Source of the DNA: the human T2T-CHM13v2.0 reference genome, Homo sapiens
NCBI RefSeq assembly: GCF_009914755.1
Contig: NC_060927.1
Length of the DNA: 64,000 nt
Reading direction: 5' to 3' (one strand)
Shown: positions 1 to 11,685 of the stretch, piece after piece
How positions within the stretch are numbered: the stretch's first letter is position 1
Layout: every line of letters starts with the position of its first letter
Position numbers and translations under genes: made by a program
Notes under the pieces: model-generated
What the model was told of the DNA's origin: nothing
Database searches by the model: none
What the model saw: the letters and a program-made list of their open reading frames with translations, nothing else

Positions 1-39
1 AGGACAAAGCATCTGCTTCTATATCACACTCAGAACCAC

Positions 40-260
40 ACCTAATATTTGTGGTTAAGAGTACCAATAGAGGCCCACATAGCATTAACCTAAGTATTTA
101 AGTCATAAATCAAGATAACAAACTGTTAAACAAAATATGATCTGTCCTCCCACCTTGACAAATACCTCCTACACGGAGCTGGATGGCCAGTTGTGAACTA
201 TGAATTCCTGGACTTCTCTAAGGGCCAGGCTGGAAGGTGTCATGGAGGATAAAGCTGATC
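40..260 (+). mobile_element. Ancient hAT-Tip100-type DNA transposon fragment (MER96B-like)
   Basis: Recalled similarity: agagtaccaatagaggcccacata...aaatcaagataacaaactgttaaa...cccaccttgacaaata. Confidence 0.4.
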
Positions 261-659
261 GCGAATGATCCCTCTTCCTGCATTACGAGGGGCCCAAAGC
301 ACCTGGGAGTGCACACCTTAGCCCACAGGTCCAGGTACTGTCCACACCCCAAAGAAGAGCTATTTCTTGGACACAGGAGTGAGTTCAGAGTCCCGACCAG
401 ATCCTGAAAGTGAACTTGGCACCATTTGGGCAGAGCAGTCCAGAGTTCTGACTACATGGAGCGTATGTAGTCTAGAAGAGGGTCAGGCTCCAGCTGGGCC
501 ATCAGCCTGACCGGAAGAGGGGCACTGCCAGAGGAGAGCCAGAGGGTGGCTGTGGGCGGAGGTCCCTCTTGGGTTTAAGAGCCAGTCTGATCACACAGCC
601 TCTAAAATCACCCTAAGAAAGAATAACATACCGGAACATTCATGTGACGGGTAAGTATG

Positions 660-870
660 GTCCAGTGGTTATGAGACTAGGCTCTGCAGGCAAATCCCTG
701 GGTTGGAATCTTAGGTTGGCCACTTTCTAGTTGTGGCATCGCAGGCAAATTATTGATCATCTCACAGCCTCAGTTTCCTCATCTTTAAAATGGGTAAATA
801 ATCATTATTATGAGGAGTGGCAGTATATGTAAAACGCTTGGTGGACATTACACATTGGGTGGATGTTGAC
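660..870 (+). mobile_element. MIR SINE
   Basis: MIR core gcctcagtttcctcatctttaaaatggg. Confidence 0.8.
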
Positions 871-999
871 AGGGTTCTCTCCAGCTTAGGCGAGTTTGCC
901 TCTGAGAGGTTTTTCTGGAGAATTATATAAGCTTCATAACATCCAAGCACTCTGACAGTCAAGGTGAAAGTCTCCTCTCTCTACTAAATTGGGGTGAGG

Positions 1000-1450
1000 C
1001 GCGGGTGTGGGCACCACCCACCCCACCCAAGGCATCAGGGGCAGCCCACGTCCCGCCCGGTTCTGTGCCCAAGGACTTCACGCTGCAGACGTGCACGGAA
1101 GCTGCTTTGGCCAGGGGTTTGGAGGTTAACTAGCAAACGCAGCGTGAGTCACGGCGGCACTAGGAACTGAAACCGTGTTAGCCATGCCCAGGTTTACCCT
1201 CCGATGCGGACGGTGAAACCAGGGAGCAGTGACATCAGGACGGGGAGCCAGCGCTGACGCAGCTCCACCGCCTCCCTCCCCATCCCGCACCCGCCGCCGC
1301 CGAGCTCAGCCTGCAGACAGGTCTTGACATCCCTCCTCAGCGAGGAGCGAGGGAGTCGGAACAAGTCGGGGCATCTCCCTTGCACCTCCCGGGAGCGCCA
1401 GCCCAGCCAAGTCTAGCGATTGCCCGGCCCGCCAGCGAAGACGCTTCCTC
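1000..1450. promoter_or_regulatory. Secondary CpG-rich element with AP-1 site
   Basis: CpG-rich patch; CGTGAGTCACG 1143-1153 contains consensus TGAGTCA. Confidence 0.5.
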
Positions 1451-1659
1451 TGAAGCAAGCTTGGACACTCCCCTACCCCTCCGGGTGAAACGAATTCCAA
1501 GTGGCCCATTTCGGCTCCTCGCCCCCTCCCACTCCCTGCAAAAAAACTTGGCAACTCTGCGGTTTCTTGCGGACCAAAACCTGTAATTAGCCCTTTGTGC
1601 TCCCTTTAAGGGGCAGTCGTGACTGGAAACCGAGGAGTCAGACCCTCTCGAAAACACCA

Positions 1660-1940
1660 ACAAAGAACTATATTTAGTTCTGAGCTCTCAGCCTAAATGC
1701 CTCTTATTTTTTCACTTTTACTTCAAAACGCCAGGGTTGGGGAAGTGGGAGGCAGAGGGTGGGGGAGCAACGGAGAAAGAACAGCTGTGCCTCCGCCTCT
1801 CCGCTCAATCTCTATAAATAACCAATCGCGAGCGGAGGCTACTTTTTAGCCAATGAAGCGCCCCAAACTGATAAAGCCTTGGCGGCAGCCAATGAACAAC
1901 ACTTAGGGGTGTCAGACTCGCGCCCCGAGACCAATGAGTG
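1660..1940. promoter_or_regulatory. Upstream promoter-like module: 4 CCAAT boxes, TATA/MEF2-like element, second MEF2 site, G4 motif
   Basis: CCAAT at 1822, 1850, 1889, 1931; CTATAAATAA 1812-1821; CTATATTTAG 1668-1677; five G-tracts at 1734-1765. Confidence 0.6.
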
Positions 1941-2819
1941 CAGAGTCTGGGAGAGGTAATTTGAGCTAGAGTGTGGGTGTGTGGTGCAAAAGCTTCCTAC
2001 TTCCAAGCCCAAAAACCTGCTCTGCGACTGAGCATGCCCTGAACTAACTGCGGGCGCCCTGAGACTTCTGGATTGGGATGTAATCCGGTCTCCGGGTTTT
2101 GACCGCACTCGAGCGGGGAGGTGGGTACGACCCGCGGGACCCTGCCCCGAGAGAGCTGCAGGTACCAGAAGCTACCCCTTTCCTAGTCGGAACAGTATCT
2201 CAGACTTGGAGTACCTCCTGTTTTCTTTGTGCAAGGCTGCAGTGCACAGAGTCGGTCAGAGAAGACAGAGTAGCGTTTCTGTGGCGAACGGTTTAGAAAA
2301 ATCTATGGGGCAGGTTTGCTCCGCCGGCTGCTCGTGCATTCCACGGCACCCACAGGACTTCGGGTTTCCGGCCCCCAGACCCACGCCCGCCCGGGGCTGA
2401 GTGAATGGCGTCCTTGGGCCTTTGATAACGGGAGTTGGCAAGACCACAGCCTACTCCATCCCTGAGGCGGCCCGCCGCGCCCACGTGCTTCTCGCAGAGC
2501 CGCCGCCCTTGTCCACCACTCCCACAGCTGTAAAATAAAGCGGCCTGCATGCTTCCTACAGCGCTTTCCTCGCTCCCATATACGCACACACACCCCATCT
2601 TCCAGCCAGTTCCTAACTCGCGCCACTCCCCAAATCGGACTCAAATCCGGAGCCCCGCCCACTGCCCCGCCCCCTCCCGGCCCCGCGGAAAACCAGGAGC
2701 GGCCGCTTGGGCAAGGCGCGGCCGGAACGCACTGGGCATGCTCGCCGGGGAGGGGCGGGCCGGGCTGCGCGCGGCGAGTAGGAAGCCCTCGCCCAGTAGA
2801 GGCTGTGGGAGAGAGCGCG

Positions 2820-2891
2820 ATGGGCCGCGGCGGTGGGCGCACGTTCCGCGGGGACTCATGCCACGCGCGTCCCGGCCCGACGCGCAATTAG
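2820..2891 (+). other. Candidate uORF1 (23 aa, MGRGGGRTFRGDSCHARPGPTRN)
   Basis: ATG at 2820 in strong context gcgATGG; TAG at 2889-2891. Relevant only if the TSS lies upstream of 2820. Confidence 0.45.
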
Positions 2892-2950
2892 CAGCCACCT
2901 CCGCAGCCCGCCGCCACCGCCTCCCTGCCCTCCCGGGCTGCCGCAGCTAG
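2858..2950 (+). other. Candidate uORF2 (30 aa, MPRASRPDAQ...), same frame as RAP2B but terminated
   Basis: ATG at 2858 in weak context; TAG at 2948-2950. Confidence 0.35.
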
Positions 2951-3262
2951 GAGCTCCAGCCGTCGCCTCGCGCAGGCTGCGGGCATTGTCCTCTCGGTTC
3001 GCTGCCCGGGCTGCTGCTGCCGCCGCGGACTGCTGCGGGGCCCGGACCCGCACCCCAGGGATACGCTGCCGCCGCCGCCGGCCGGCCCGGCGCCCGGCCT
3101 CCGTTCGGTGGTTTCCGCCCTGCGTTCTCTGGGTTGCTCTCTCCTGGGTTTTTCCTGCGTAGCTGAGGAAGGGGAAGAGAAGTCCAGCCGCCAAGCCCAG
3201 CCTTCCCCGGCGCGCAGCCCCGACGGGGCCGCGGCAGGCGCGGCGAGAGCGCTGACGGAGCC

Positions 3263-3814
3263 ATGAGAGAGTACAAAGTGGTGGTGCTGGGCTCGGGCGG
3301 CGTGGGCAAGTCCGCGCTCACCGTGCAGTTCGTGACGGGCTCCTTCATCGAGAAGTACGACCCGACCATCGAAGACTTTTACCGCAAGGAGATTGAGGTG
3401 GACTCGTCGCCGTCGGTGCTGGAGATCCTGGATACGGCGGGCACCGAGCAGTTCGCGTCCATGCGGGACCTGTACATCAAGAACGGCCAGGGCTTCATCC
3501 TGGTCTACAGCCTCGTCAACCAGCAGAGCTTCCAGGACATCAAGCCCATGCGGGACCAGATCATCCGCGTGAAGCGGTACGAGCGCGTGCCCATGATCCT
3601 GGTGGGCAACAAGGTGGACCTGGAGGGTGAGCGCGAGGTCTCGTACGGGGAGGGCAAGGCCCTGGCTGAGGAGTGGAGCTGCCCCTTCATGGAGACGTCG
3701 GCCAAAAACAAAGCCTCGGTAGACGAGCTATTTGCCGAGATCGTGCGGCAGATGAACTACGCGGCGCAGCCCAACGGCGATGAGGGCTGCTGCTCGGCCT
3801 GCGTGATCCTCTGA
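3263..3814 (+). CDS. RAP2B: Ras-related protein Rap-2b, 183 aa, intronless CDS
   Basis: G1 GSGGVGKS, effector loop [17 protein letters not shown] (Rap-type Thr61), NKVD, ETSAK, C-terminal CC plus CAAX CVIL. The sequence matches RAP2B rather than RAP2A/C as recalled. Start context GCCATG. Confidence 0.99.
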
Positions 3815-4696
3815 GGCGGCCACCGCGCGCCGGCCGCGCTCTGCGCACAAAAGCCAAACGCATCCGACTCTCTAAATGTGATTTATTTCTTGCTTTGAGA
3901 TTGGAGACCACTTTGCATTGGCCAGGGTGTCTTGGGAGCCCGGCTGGCCTCCGCGGCCGGCGTCCCCTGCCTCCACCCTGTGCCCGAGGGGGTGTCCGGT
4001 CCTGCCCATCCGATACTCTGGTGGAAATGTGGCTCTTTGCAGCATGTACGTTTCTCCCTGATTTTGGTTGATGCATATTTCCCCGTTTAAGTAGCCGTTA
4101 GGGCGCAGTATCGGCAGCTTGACACCCACCAAGCAAAAGTTTCAGCCTGGAAAAAAAATGGGGGGGAAGGGTGGATGAAAAGGAGGGAGAGAAGGTGGAA
4201 ATGGTTTTTTTTTTTTTTTTTCTATTTTCTTTCTTTTTTTTTTTTTTTTTTTTTGGTCAACAGCCGTTTTTCTAGTTCCAAGTTTTAAATACATGGAAGG
4301 AAGTCCGGGAGAACCATATGAAGGAGCAGGAGGAGAGGAAGAAACTTTTTTTCCTTCTTTTCCAGGAGTAGCTGGAAATTAAGATCGGGTTCCTTTTCTG
4401 CCAGCTTGGAAGGGCAACCCCATGACTGATTGCGATTCTGAGGATGTCTATGCAAAGTTGGATTCTTGTTACAGTGTATCCAATCTGAAGTATTGCACAT
4501 CTGAACTGGGACTGTTAACACTGATGCCAATACAGTGTGGGGTGCCAGAAAGTGTCTGCTGATATTTGTGGAAAAAAAATCTATTTTGTTTACCTACTGT
4601 ATCAAAGGGGAGTCTGGGGGAGAATGGTAGTATTTTTTTTTTTTATCAGCTGTGAAAAAAATGTTACAGATCTGCACATTTTCGTGTGTACTATGG

Positions 4697-4727
4697 TGTG
4701 TGTGTGTATGTGTGTGGTGTGTGTGTG
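4697..4727. repeat. (TG)n microsatellite in 3' UTR
   Basis: Interrupted TG run. Poly-T tracts also at ~4205-4254. Confidence 0.9.
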
Positions 4728-7700
4728 TTTTAAGTTTAGCCTTTTGTTTTTGTTTTTTGGTTGGCAGTAACCGATTTTAATGACTAGCTTTTAAAAATAC
4801 AGTACAAAGACTTTGTAAATGTGATTCAGGGCCCCCAGCACCCCTGTGTCTGCAGAGTGCCTTCAAAACTCAGCTGTTCCAGCCGGTGCCAACCTGTGAA
4901 CTTCCCACCATATCCCAGAATCTGCTATTCCCCAAACCACTTCCCAGTTTCCTTTCAGTAATCTTTCTGAAGGAGCCAGGACAATAGGGCCTGTTGTTTA
5001 GTGAATTTCTTTATTATTTTCAGCCTTTAAAATGTAATTTCCATCTCTTGCAATGAATTTGTTTCCCTTTTTTTTGCTTCATTTTGTTTAAATTTTCAGG
5101 TATTTAGCTCCCCTTTCATATTATTTTTAAATTTTTTAATTACCTGTTGTAGGGTGTTCCTCCAGAAGCAAAGAGCAAAATTTTACTGTTGTGATGTACC
5201 AATTCTAACTAATTGTAATTTTTAATTTCATGCGTTTAATCATTGTCTCTTCATTTTAAGACTTTTAATACAAATGTCATTTTTAAAGAAACAAACCCAA
5301 AACTATTGTTTGTGTTTCTGTGTTTCATATTCAGTGATTTAATACAGTATCATGGCTGAGGTGGATGGGGCAGGTGCATGATACTCTTCAGAGCTATTTG
5401 TGAAATTTTAAAGACAGAAGTGTCTCAGTGACAAGTTGGATGACACTACTCCCAACTTTTTAAATTTGGAGAAAACCATCAAGGTCGAGGAAGCCCTGGG
5501 TATGGCCATTACCATCTGATTAGAAGATGAACAGGTATTTTGAATCTGATCTGACATGGAACAGTTTACCTCATTGTAGGTAGGGAACAAGAGAACCCAT
5601 CTATTAAAATTGCCTTAGATCTGGGAAAGTAACCATCCTTCTGGCAAAGTAGGATGGCACTTTTAAGTTTTTCTTCCTTTTTTCCCTCTGTTTATATTGC
5701 ACATCAAGTCAAAAACATGTTTGGGAAAGATGGTTTTCAATTCTGAAGTTATACCTAGTGATGTTTTTTGCAGTACATTTGAATGGATTGTAGACACTGC
5801 CTCAACCCTTTTGAGGTTTTGATTTGGAAATAGATTTAAAAGAAAACAGGCTAAGATAATATCCTTGTTCTCATTTACACCCTGCAGTTTGGACCACATT
5901 TGACCTCATAAGTTTTTCCTTTTAACAGTAGGAGGCAGTGTGAGCTTTTTATTTTTTATTTTTCTTAAGGTGGTCTTAGTAATATAACATGTTCATACAT
6001 ATCAAGAGAGTACTTGGTATACCTTAGGTCTATGAAGTGTAGCTGAAATCTGAAGAGTCTTGACAAAGGGATTTACACCCTTGACAAAACCAAAAGAAAT
6101 TAACAGGCCACAGGTTTCTTTAAAGCTGTGTTAACATATCTTGCCTTAAAATGTGTGTGTGTGTTTTTGCTTTGCTTTTTTTTTTTTGCCCAAGAGGCAT
6201 CTCAGTACTCCAGCAATGGAGGAAGAATAGAGAATTTTGCCTGGCAATGGTCCTACTGCCATTTTTTTTTTCCCACTCTGATCTCACTTAAGTTTGATAT
6301 CAAACACAATTGGGAGGCAATAGTATCAATATCCTAAATGTAGAAATTAAAAGATACTGTATAATTTTATGCCTTTGCAAAGATTCGTTCTTGTATTTGA
6401 ATAAATTCAGTTGCTAAAGTAGATCCAAAGTGTTAAAAATGCTGAAGTCATGTCAAGTACTGTCTGGAGGGTTTTTTTAAGAAAAGGCATTTGGCATTTA
6501 ACTGTCTCTTGTTTTATTTTTAAGTTTTTGGAAACCTTTTGACATAAAATGCTGCCAAGTATCTAAGAAATGTATATACTGACAGAAGATATTTGAAAGT
6601 GGAAAATTGGAAATGAAATATGTTGCTGGGTGCGTTAATCACCTCCGCCCAGGATTTAGTCACTTGCAGGACCTCTTTATAGTCTAGGATGGCAGAGCAG
6701 AAGATTTTAATATGCTTTTATTAAGTGATGTAAAATAAATGCTTTTTGGATTATCAATGAAAGCAATTTTATGTGTGCCTGAAGCAAGAAAATAGCGTTT
6801 TTGGTTTTATCTCATATTTTCTTGGCAAAATTGAGAGAAATTAGGAACACTGCTATTTTTTTCTTAAAAATGTTTTTAAGAATATGTTCGTTTCTTTGAC
6901 TATTAAGAACCCCTTGTGGTATTAGTGTGTGAAGAGATAAGGGCATTTGTTTCAATGAAAAAGTTAGTGTTAAAGGAAGTGAGTCAGGGAGGGCGGAGTT
7001 TGTTGTAAGGCAATCACCTGTCAAAACAGAAATTGGGTGGGAAAGGAGTCTTTATCTTGGGGAGCAAAAGCTGACTTTTAAACTTGACCCCTGCTGTTTT
7101 TAAACAGCTTTTCCTTTTGGTCTCTGACAGTCAATCCAGGTTTTATGTTATTTCAAAAGGGTTATTTTTGTCCTCCTTTTTTAATAGCTTCAGGAAAGTT
7201 AAAGGTATCATCTTAGGTCTAACACTCTAGTCTTTGAGAGTTACGGTTCTTTCGTAGAACAATTTCCATGTTGTTAACTGTTGTAGACTTAATTGAATCA
7301 CATTTTGGGACCAGATGTATTTGGGGATAGAATTCTTTAAATGTATGGGACTTCATGCTTCCTGATTATGTAATATTTCCTGTGGTTGGGAATCCTAGAA
7401 TGCCTGATCTATTTTATCTGTTCAGGTAGTTTTGTTATTGTACCCTCTTTTGGGTCATATTCTAGTATTTCTCACAGGGGGTATGAGAAACAGAAAGCTA
7501 TATGTAGCAGCTGGTCTTGAGAAGTAGAAGCATCTTAACTGTCATAAGAGCATAGATTTTTTGTTTTTCACAACAGCTGGAATAAGTTCCTGCATTATAA
7601 GTATAAAGGGAACCGAGATTTAATTTGGAGATCATCACTGTTAAAACGATACCAGACATTTGTCACAGTGTCTTATTTGGGGAAAGTTTGCTAATATACA

Positions 7701-7893
7701 TTTTGTCTGTGAAAATATAGTAAATTTTAAAATACTAATATAATGTGGTATTCTTGATTACAGTATTTTATGCAGACTATTAGGAATGATTCAGTGCATT
7801 TAACTGAACACAGAGCTAGTTCTAGGTGAGTGAGATCTTTATCTATTAACTGGATTTTGAAGGTTTGAGAAGGCTATGGGGATCATCTGGTTG

Positions 7894-8071
7894 AAAGGTT
7901 CTCAAACTTGACCATATATCAAAATCACCTGGAGCTTAAAACATGTACTGCTGGGACCCTCCTCCAGTTTCTTACCCAGTGGGTCTCGGGTAGGGTCTCA
8001 ATTTTCATTTCTAACAAGTTTCCAAGTGATTGTGTTATTGCTGTTCCAGGGACCACACTTTGAAAACCAGT
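7894..8071. mobile_element. MER5-type hAT-Charlie MITE inside the 3' UTR
   Basis: Ends ggttctcaaactt ... actttgaaaaccagtg, plus internal MER5 motifs. Confidence 0.75.
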
Positions 8072-9730
8072 GATCTAGACTGAACTCCAAATGAGTACTA
8101 TACTGACAGCCACCTAGATATTGAGAGACACAGACTTCAGACTCATGTCACACATTTTGGAGTGCTGTCTACTACAGTTAGAGAATAATCTCTATTGAAA
8201 TCTAAGCTAAAGAGGACATATACCATTTATACTAAGACTAACTGTTGTGTGTGAAATAGAATAAACATTGCAGGTAGTTTTTGATCATTTTCACATTATT
8301 ACAGGAACATTTTGACTATGGTTTTCAATGTTAATTCAGAAGTTGACTTTAAATGAAAATGTGGTTAGAATAGAGGCAAAGCCTAAGTGATCAGAATCAA
8401 CATTCCCCTTCTCCCCAACCTAGGGGAAAAAAAATTTGAAAAGTATGTCTTCAATAAAAGGGGACACTTTATTTGTCTTCTCTTCAACATTAAAAAACAA
8501 AGATTTTAAGTTTTCATGGCAAGGGTTCTAAAAATCATTGTGCCAGAGAATTTAAATCTTCATATCATGGTAAGCACATGCGTATGTCTGTGACTCAGTT
8601 TCTTAGCCAGACTTCCAGGTGTTAGTTAATTCCTTCTCATTTAGTTCTACTGTAATCCATTCTGGGAAAATGCATACCACAAAACTGTGTATCTTGCAGC
8701 TTCTTTCGTTATGCATCTTAATTCCCTCAGAAGGTCCCAGAACTTTATGTTAAAGATCTGGGTTTTTAAAGACAATTTGGGGGCCTTCTAAAGAAACAAT
8801 AGTAGATCTAATTACAAGTAGTGGATTGCTTACTTCAAATTTCTCTTTTACAATTTAGAAAGTTTAGTACCAGTTTATAGACTGAGGGAGTAGTAGCTAC
8901 TATTTAGATGCTGAGAATAATATTATCATGCTTGGGTGGGGAAGAAAGGCCCTTACTCAAATCTCCATTTTCATTTTTAATGCTTCCTGGACTTCAGTTA
9001 TTTTCTTGCTTTTGCCTCAAGAATAATAAATATTTTTGGTTAAAATTTTTTTTGTTCAACCCTGTTGTTGTTACTGTTATTTTCATAGCACAGTAGTCTA
9101 CAGCTCTCTATAGTAGCTTAATAGCTATTTGCTGAATGAATGGAACATGGAGTGTTACATCTGAAACTATTCTATTAGAAGGTGAAAAGTGTTGATTGAA
9201 GAATGGTAGGATTTTATCTTCCCTACCCATGATAGATTTATTAAGATTGTCTTTGGAGCTATGTCTTCCATTCCAACTATACAGAAATAAACTTTTTTAA
9301 AGTTTAGTTTGCCCATCTGATAAAGGAACATTCCTGTATGCTATTCTAAGGTTCATTTTCAACAAAAGTTACAGACATTTATGGTTGATAGTTTGAGATC
9401 TATGACAGTTTTAGGGAGCTCCATATTCAAAAGGCTATTGCTGGTGATAGTACAATGAAACACTGACTTCAGTATATTTTTATCTTGGCTTTCATTTTAC
9501 GGTTATTTCTACTACTGTTAATATGGACTAATACTTGATTTTGTGAACCTGTTTTAATTTTAGGGTTATATTTATGTTGGAATAATATATTTTAAAAGTG
9601 TCCTATACTATGAATTTATTTGCCATATATAAGACAATCAGAATTATCTGGTAGTTTATTCTAATCCTGGTTAATAATCATTAGGACTAAACTATTTACA
9701 TTAAAGAAGGAAAAAACAATGAGATGATAA

Positions 9731-10310
<580 letters not shown>

Positions 10311-10334
10311 TGAGATGATAATTTTATTTAAAAA

Positions 10335-10461
10335 AAAAATTGTAGAGATAGGGTCTTGCCGTGTTGCCCAGGCTGGTCTCAAATTCCTGGGCTCAGGAGA
10401 TCTTCCCTCCTCAGCCCCTCAAAGTGCTGGGATTACAGGCCTGAGCCACTGCATCCAGCCA
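10335..10461 (-). mobile_element. FLAM / left Alu monomer
   Basis: Left-arm-only Alu sequence. Confidence 0.8.
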
Positions 10462-11164
10462 GGAGTGACAATTTCTAAAGCCTTAATTAGTGAAATGGTT
10501 TGTTTTGAGAAGCAGAAATGACTAAGTGGTATAGACATGCAGGAAAAGCAAAATGGGCCTTATGGCTATTGAAATTATGAGTGTTGATCTGTTCTATAAA
10601 TTGGAGGAGACAGCTATTTGCATTCTTTCTTATCCAGTTGACTAAACTTACTCATTTTAAAATGAATTATCTTGCAAAATTATGTGAGGTTAAGTTTGTC
10701 AGAGGATTGAAAACGTGGTTGGTTTATTTGTGGTAATTGTGAAAAATTGCAAAGGTAGCAAAATTTTTTAAAAAATGGAAAAGAGAAAGATTATTGATGC
10801 CTTGTGAATACAGGTGTCCCCAAAAGGCCTGAGACCAACCTTAATTATCAAGAATATGGTTGCAGTGGAAATTGGTAAACAGCTGAAATTGATTCATTGA
10901 TTATTCAACACTTATTGAGCACATACTACTATTATTAATAGCTGTACTGCGAGCGCTAATACTTAAAAGAGGAAGTCAGGTGAAGGCGCAACAGCTTTAT
11001 GCTCTTTTTCACTATAATCTGTGAAATAGTGTATATTAAACAATAATAGTATATGGAAAAGCACATCTACATGTGTCATCAGTTATAATACTGTGGGGCT
11101 GTTTGGCAGACAATAGAGTAGATAAATTTATTGAACATTGGGCCTTTGAAAGGTATGTGGAAAT

Positions 11165-11220
11165 TGTAAATAAAAATGGATTCCATGAATTTCAAATAAT
11201 AATTGTTCTGTTGTATGTGA
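11165..11220 (+). terminator. Candidate distal polyadenylation signal
   Basis: TGTAAATAAA (AATAAA 11169-11174) with a downstream GU-rich tract TTGTTCTGTTGTATGTG at ~11202-11219. Confidence 0.55.
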
Positions 11221-11392
11221 AACTGTGTAATAAGATTGTCATTTTATTTACTTTTCTGCATCATTTTCAACTTCCTTTTTGAGATTAGCTAAAATTGAAC
11301 ACTTACAAGAGGAAATGATTTTACTTTTATATTTTCATGTCCAAGGGAAGAGGAAAACATGAAGAAAACAGATTTATAAAATTTACTCACAA

Positions 11393-11685
11393 GGCTGGGC
11401 ACGGTGGCTCACACCTGTAATCCCAGTAGTTTGAGAGGCCGAGGCAGGTGGATCACGAAGTCAGGAGTTCAAGACCAGCCTGGCCAAGAAGGTGAAACCC
11501 CGTCTCTACTAAAAATACAAAAATTAGCCGGGTGCGGTGGGAGATACCTGTAATCCCAGCTACTCAGGAGGCTGAGGCAGAATTGCTTGAACCTGGGTGG
11601 CAGAGATTACAGTGAGCCAAGATCGCACCACTGCACTCCAGCCTGGGTGATAGAATGAGACTCCATCTCAAAAAAAAAGTAAAAT
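11393..11685 (+). mobile_element. AluS
   Basis: Full dimer with A tail. Confidence 0.93.

Larger units (their letters stand above)
2350..4000. promoter_or_regulatory. CpG island covering the RAP2B promoter, 5' UTR and entire CDS
   Basis: Very high GC and CpG density. GC boxes CCCCGCCC near 2653 and 2664, GGGGCGGG near 2752. Abrupt switch to AT-rich sequence after ~4200. Confidence 0.9.

Noticed and set aside
3812-3820. Stop-codon read-through past CVIL
   Set aside because: TGA is followed by GGC, not a CUAG-type read-through context.
2293-4132. Long ORFs on both strands around RAP2B (e.g. 2303-2887, 2549-2950, 2947-3369, 3687-4076)
   Set aside because: Stop-poor GC-rich CpG island and antisense shadow of the CDS. 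The products are low-complexity Arg/Pro/Ala/Gly with no recognisable domains.
4491-5705. TATTGCACATC occurring twice in the 3' UTR (4491, 5695), resembling a miR-25/32/92 5' end
   Set aside because: Same sense as the miRNA, so not a target site. No hairpin is evident, and an 11-mer repeat can arise by chance.
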